Below are positions 60,852-64,000 of a stretch of 64,000 bases of DNA, one piece after another; within the stretch, counting starts at the first letter, position 1, and every line of letters starts with the position of its first letter. Made by a program: the position numbers and the translations under genes. The notes under the pieces were generated by a model, which was not told the origin of the DNA, did not search any database, and was given only the letters and a program-made list of their open reading frames with translations. The DNA is from Eledone cirrhosa (lineage: Eukaryota). The stretch lies in NCBI GenBank assembly GCA_964016885.1, contig OZ024743.1, positions 375,844,001-375,908,000 on the forward strand, written 5' to 3'.

Positions 60852-61197
60852 GGAGGCACATGGCTTAGTGGTTAGAGCATTGGGCTTGCAATCGAAAAGT
60901 TGTGAGTTCAATTCTCAGACCGGGTGATGTGTTGTTTCCTTGAGCAAGACACTTTATTTCACATTGCTCCAGTTTACTCAGCTGTAGAAATGAGATGATA
61001 GGGACTGGGGTCCCTATCATTCCACTGCAAAGTGGTCGTGGAGGTGCCACGGCAAAAAAACACCCAGCACTCACTGTAAATGAGGTTGGTGTTAGGAAGG
61101 GCATCCAGCTGTAGAAATCAAGCCAGAATCAGTTCCCGTCCCACCCTTGCAAGCAGGGAAAAGCAGCCGTAAAATGAAATGATGATGAAATGATGAT
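60852..61197 (+). mobile_element. CORE-like tRNA SINE (same family as 23623-23972)
   Basis: Near-identical sequence with a (GAT)n tail. Confidence 0.9.
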
Positions 61198-61643
61198 ACA
61201 TAAATATAAATGTATATATATACATATAAATATATGTATATATATACATATATATAAATATATATATATACATATAAATAAATATATATATATACATATA
61301 AATATATATATATACATATACATATATATATACATATATATACATATAAATATATATATATATACATATACATATGTATATACATATATACATATATATA
61401 CATATAAATAAATATATATATATACATATACATATATATATACATATATATACATATACATATATATATACATATATATATACACATATATATATACATA
61501 TATATATATACATATATATACATATATATACATATATATATACATATATATATATATACATATATATAGATATAGATATATACATATATATAAATATATA
61601 TATATATACATATATAAAAATATATATATATATATAAAAATAT

Positions 61644-61978
61644 ATCATCATCATTTCATTTTACGTCCGCTTTTTCCCTGCTTGCAAGGGTGGGACGGGA
61701 ACTGATTCTGGCTTGATTTCTACAGCTGGATGCCCTTCCTAACACCAACCTCATTTACAGTGAGTGCTGGGTGCTTTTTTGCCGTGGCACCTCCACGACC
61801 ACTTTGCAGTGGAATGATATGGACCCCAGTCCCTATCATCTCATTTCTACAGCTGAGTAAAGTGGAGCAATGTGAAATAAAATGTCTTGATCAAGGACAC
61901 AACACATCACTCGGTCTGAGAATTGAACTCACAACCTTTCGATTGCAAGACCAATGCTCTAACCATTAAGCCATGTGC
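61644..61978 (-). mobile_element. CORE-like tRNA SINE, tail-to-tail with the previous copy
   Basis: Reverse complement of the same family. Confidence 0.9.
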
Positions 61979-62002
61979 ATACATATATATATATACATAC
62001 AT

Positions 62003-62067
<65 letters not shown>

Positions 62068-62091
62068 TATATACATACATACATACATACA

Positions 62092-62123
<32 letters not shown>

Positions 62124-62134
62124 CATATATATAT

Positions 62135-64000
62135 ATCATCATCATCATCATCATCACCGTTTTACGTCCGTTCTTCCACGCTAGCATGGGTTAGACGGGT
62201 TGTTCTGTTGTGGGCAGTGTCTGGTCGGCTGACCATGCCTTGCTCATACAGGAACTGATTTGGCTTAATTTCTACAGCTGGATGCCCTTCCTAGCACCTA
62301 CCTCATTTACAGTGAGTGCTGGGTGCTTTTTCGTGGCGCCTACACGTCCACTTTACAGTGTGGGCTGTGTGCTTTTTTGCCGTGGCACCTCCACGACCAC
62401 CTTGCAGTGGGAGGGTGTGGGGGAATATTGTCTATATGCTTCAGCTTGTACCCATGGGAGGTCGGGTACTCTGTATTACTGCGTGACGCCAGAAGTCACG
62501 GTCGTGTGTCATTGCCTTTGAGAGGTGTAATTGGGTAAGGTCGGCTTTTATCACCTCATCCCAGGTCATCTTGGGTCTCCCCACTCCGCGGTTTCCATCA
62601 ACTTCTAGTGCTCTGCACCTTTTTATGCAGCTGTCATCCTTCATACGCATCACATCTCCATACCAGCGCAACCGCCTCTCCTGCACACAGCATTTGATTC
62701 CTCTTATGCTCAGTCTCTCTCTCAATTCATTTATGCTTTGTCGTTCACGTATATTACTGTTACACATTCACCGGAGCATGCAGGCTTCGTTTCTCTCTAA
62801 TCTACGTAAGTCTTCCACCTTCAGCGCCCAGGTCTCACTACCATGCAACATTGCTGTTCGGATACACGCATCATACAGTCTGCCTTTCATTCTGAGGGAG
62901 AAGCCTTTTGCAGCTAGCAGTGGTAGTACTTCCCTAAACTTCTTCCATCCTGTTCTTATCCTAGTTATTGTACTTTCTGAACACCCACCTCCGCTGCTAA
63001 TTCGGTCACCTAGGTAGCAGAAGCTGTCTACTGTTTCTACAGAGCCCTCCCAGAGATTGGTGGTACTTGTTTCCTGTGGCTGTTTGCTGCTTGCTGTCCC
63101 AGCACAGCTGCTGCATGTGAATCCTACATTCTTAATTAAGCTTCCTGAGATCCCGCTACATCTCTTGTGTTCCCATTGTTTGCATTTGGGGCAGAGAATG
63201 GAGTTCCTACCTACACCTTTCCTACATACTGAGCAAGGCCATTTCCCTGAGGGGATCTGGGTTCTGTTTTCTCGTCTACTTACAAGGACCTTAGTCTTTG
63301 TCATGTTGACTTTCAGACCCTTCTTTCTAGTCCCTGCTTCCAAGTTTGGAATTTATTCTCTAGTTCTACCATAGATTCAGCTATGAGTGCGAGGTCATCA
63401 GCATACAGGAGTTCCCATGGGCATCCGGTCTTAAACTCCTCCGTTATTACCTGCAGGACTATGATGAACAGGAGGGGGCTAAGAACAGAGCCCTGGTGGA
63501 CCCCAACCTGTACGCTAAATTCCTCGCTATACTCATTGCTAATCCTAACTTTGCTGACTGCTCCCCTATACATGGCTTGTACCGCTTTCACAAGCCATTC
63601 ATCTACTCCTAGTTTTCTAAGAGCCCACCAGATTACAGCACGTGGAACTCTGTCAAAGGCTTTCTCAAGGTCGACAAATGCCAAGTAGAGTCGCTTACTT
63701 TTAGCTAGGTACTTTTCCTGTAATTGCCTCACAAGGAAGAGGGCATCAGTGGTGCCTCTTCCTGGTACAAACCCAAATTGCATCTCGTCTATTTTCACCC
63801 GGTCCCTAATCAACTGTGCTATAACTCTTTCTGTTACTTTCATGACCTGGTCCATCAACTTCATACCTCTATAGTTTCCTCTATCTAGTGCATCGCCTTT
63901 ACCTTTGTAGCAGTTGACAATGATGCTACTGCACCAATATTTTGGTATGGCACCTTCTAGTATTACCTGGTTAACAATACGTGTGGTTATAGTGTGACCT
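62135..64000 (-). mobile_element. RTE/BovB-like LINE, 3' part (RT), with a frameshift and a stop; continues beyond the window
   Basis: NYRG, QFGF, FVDLEKAFD, GVHQGSVLSP, LLYADD, FCYLG, HGSETW, RLRWYG, GRPK. (GAT)n tail. Confidence 0.95.

Overview
AT-rich eukaryotic window, probably an animal; an octopus/cephalopod origin is inferred from the SINE and RTE types. No host gene is supported. The window is a nested pile of retroelements inserted into (TA)n microsatellites. It holds at least three types of Penelope-like elements (PLEs: RT plus GIY-YIG endonuclease), two RTE-clade LINEs, and several tRNA-derived SINEs. It also holds three non-coding tandem-repeat families (317, 466 and 470 bp units), each unit carrying a type I hammerhead ribozyme (HHR) motif, i.e. 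retrozyme-like. By eye I found about 15 distinct HHR or HHR-like motif families. Several have non-canonical cores (UUGANAA with U3-A8, CNGUUGA, CAGAAGA), very long or branched stem II, and family-specific palindromic stem III. Fold-back (inverted) junctions recur in both PLEs and ribozyme arrays, including a ~6 kb inverted array with 13 ribozymes. All RNA structures were paired by hand and activity is untested. PLE clade names are tentative.
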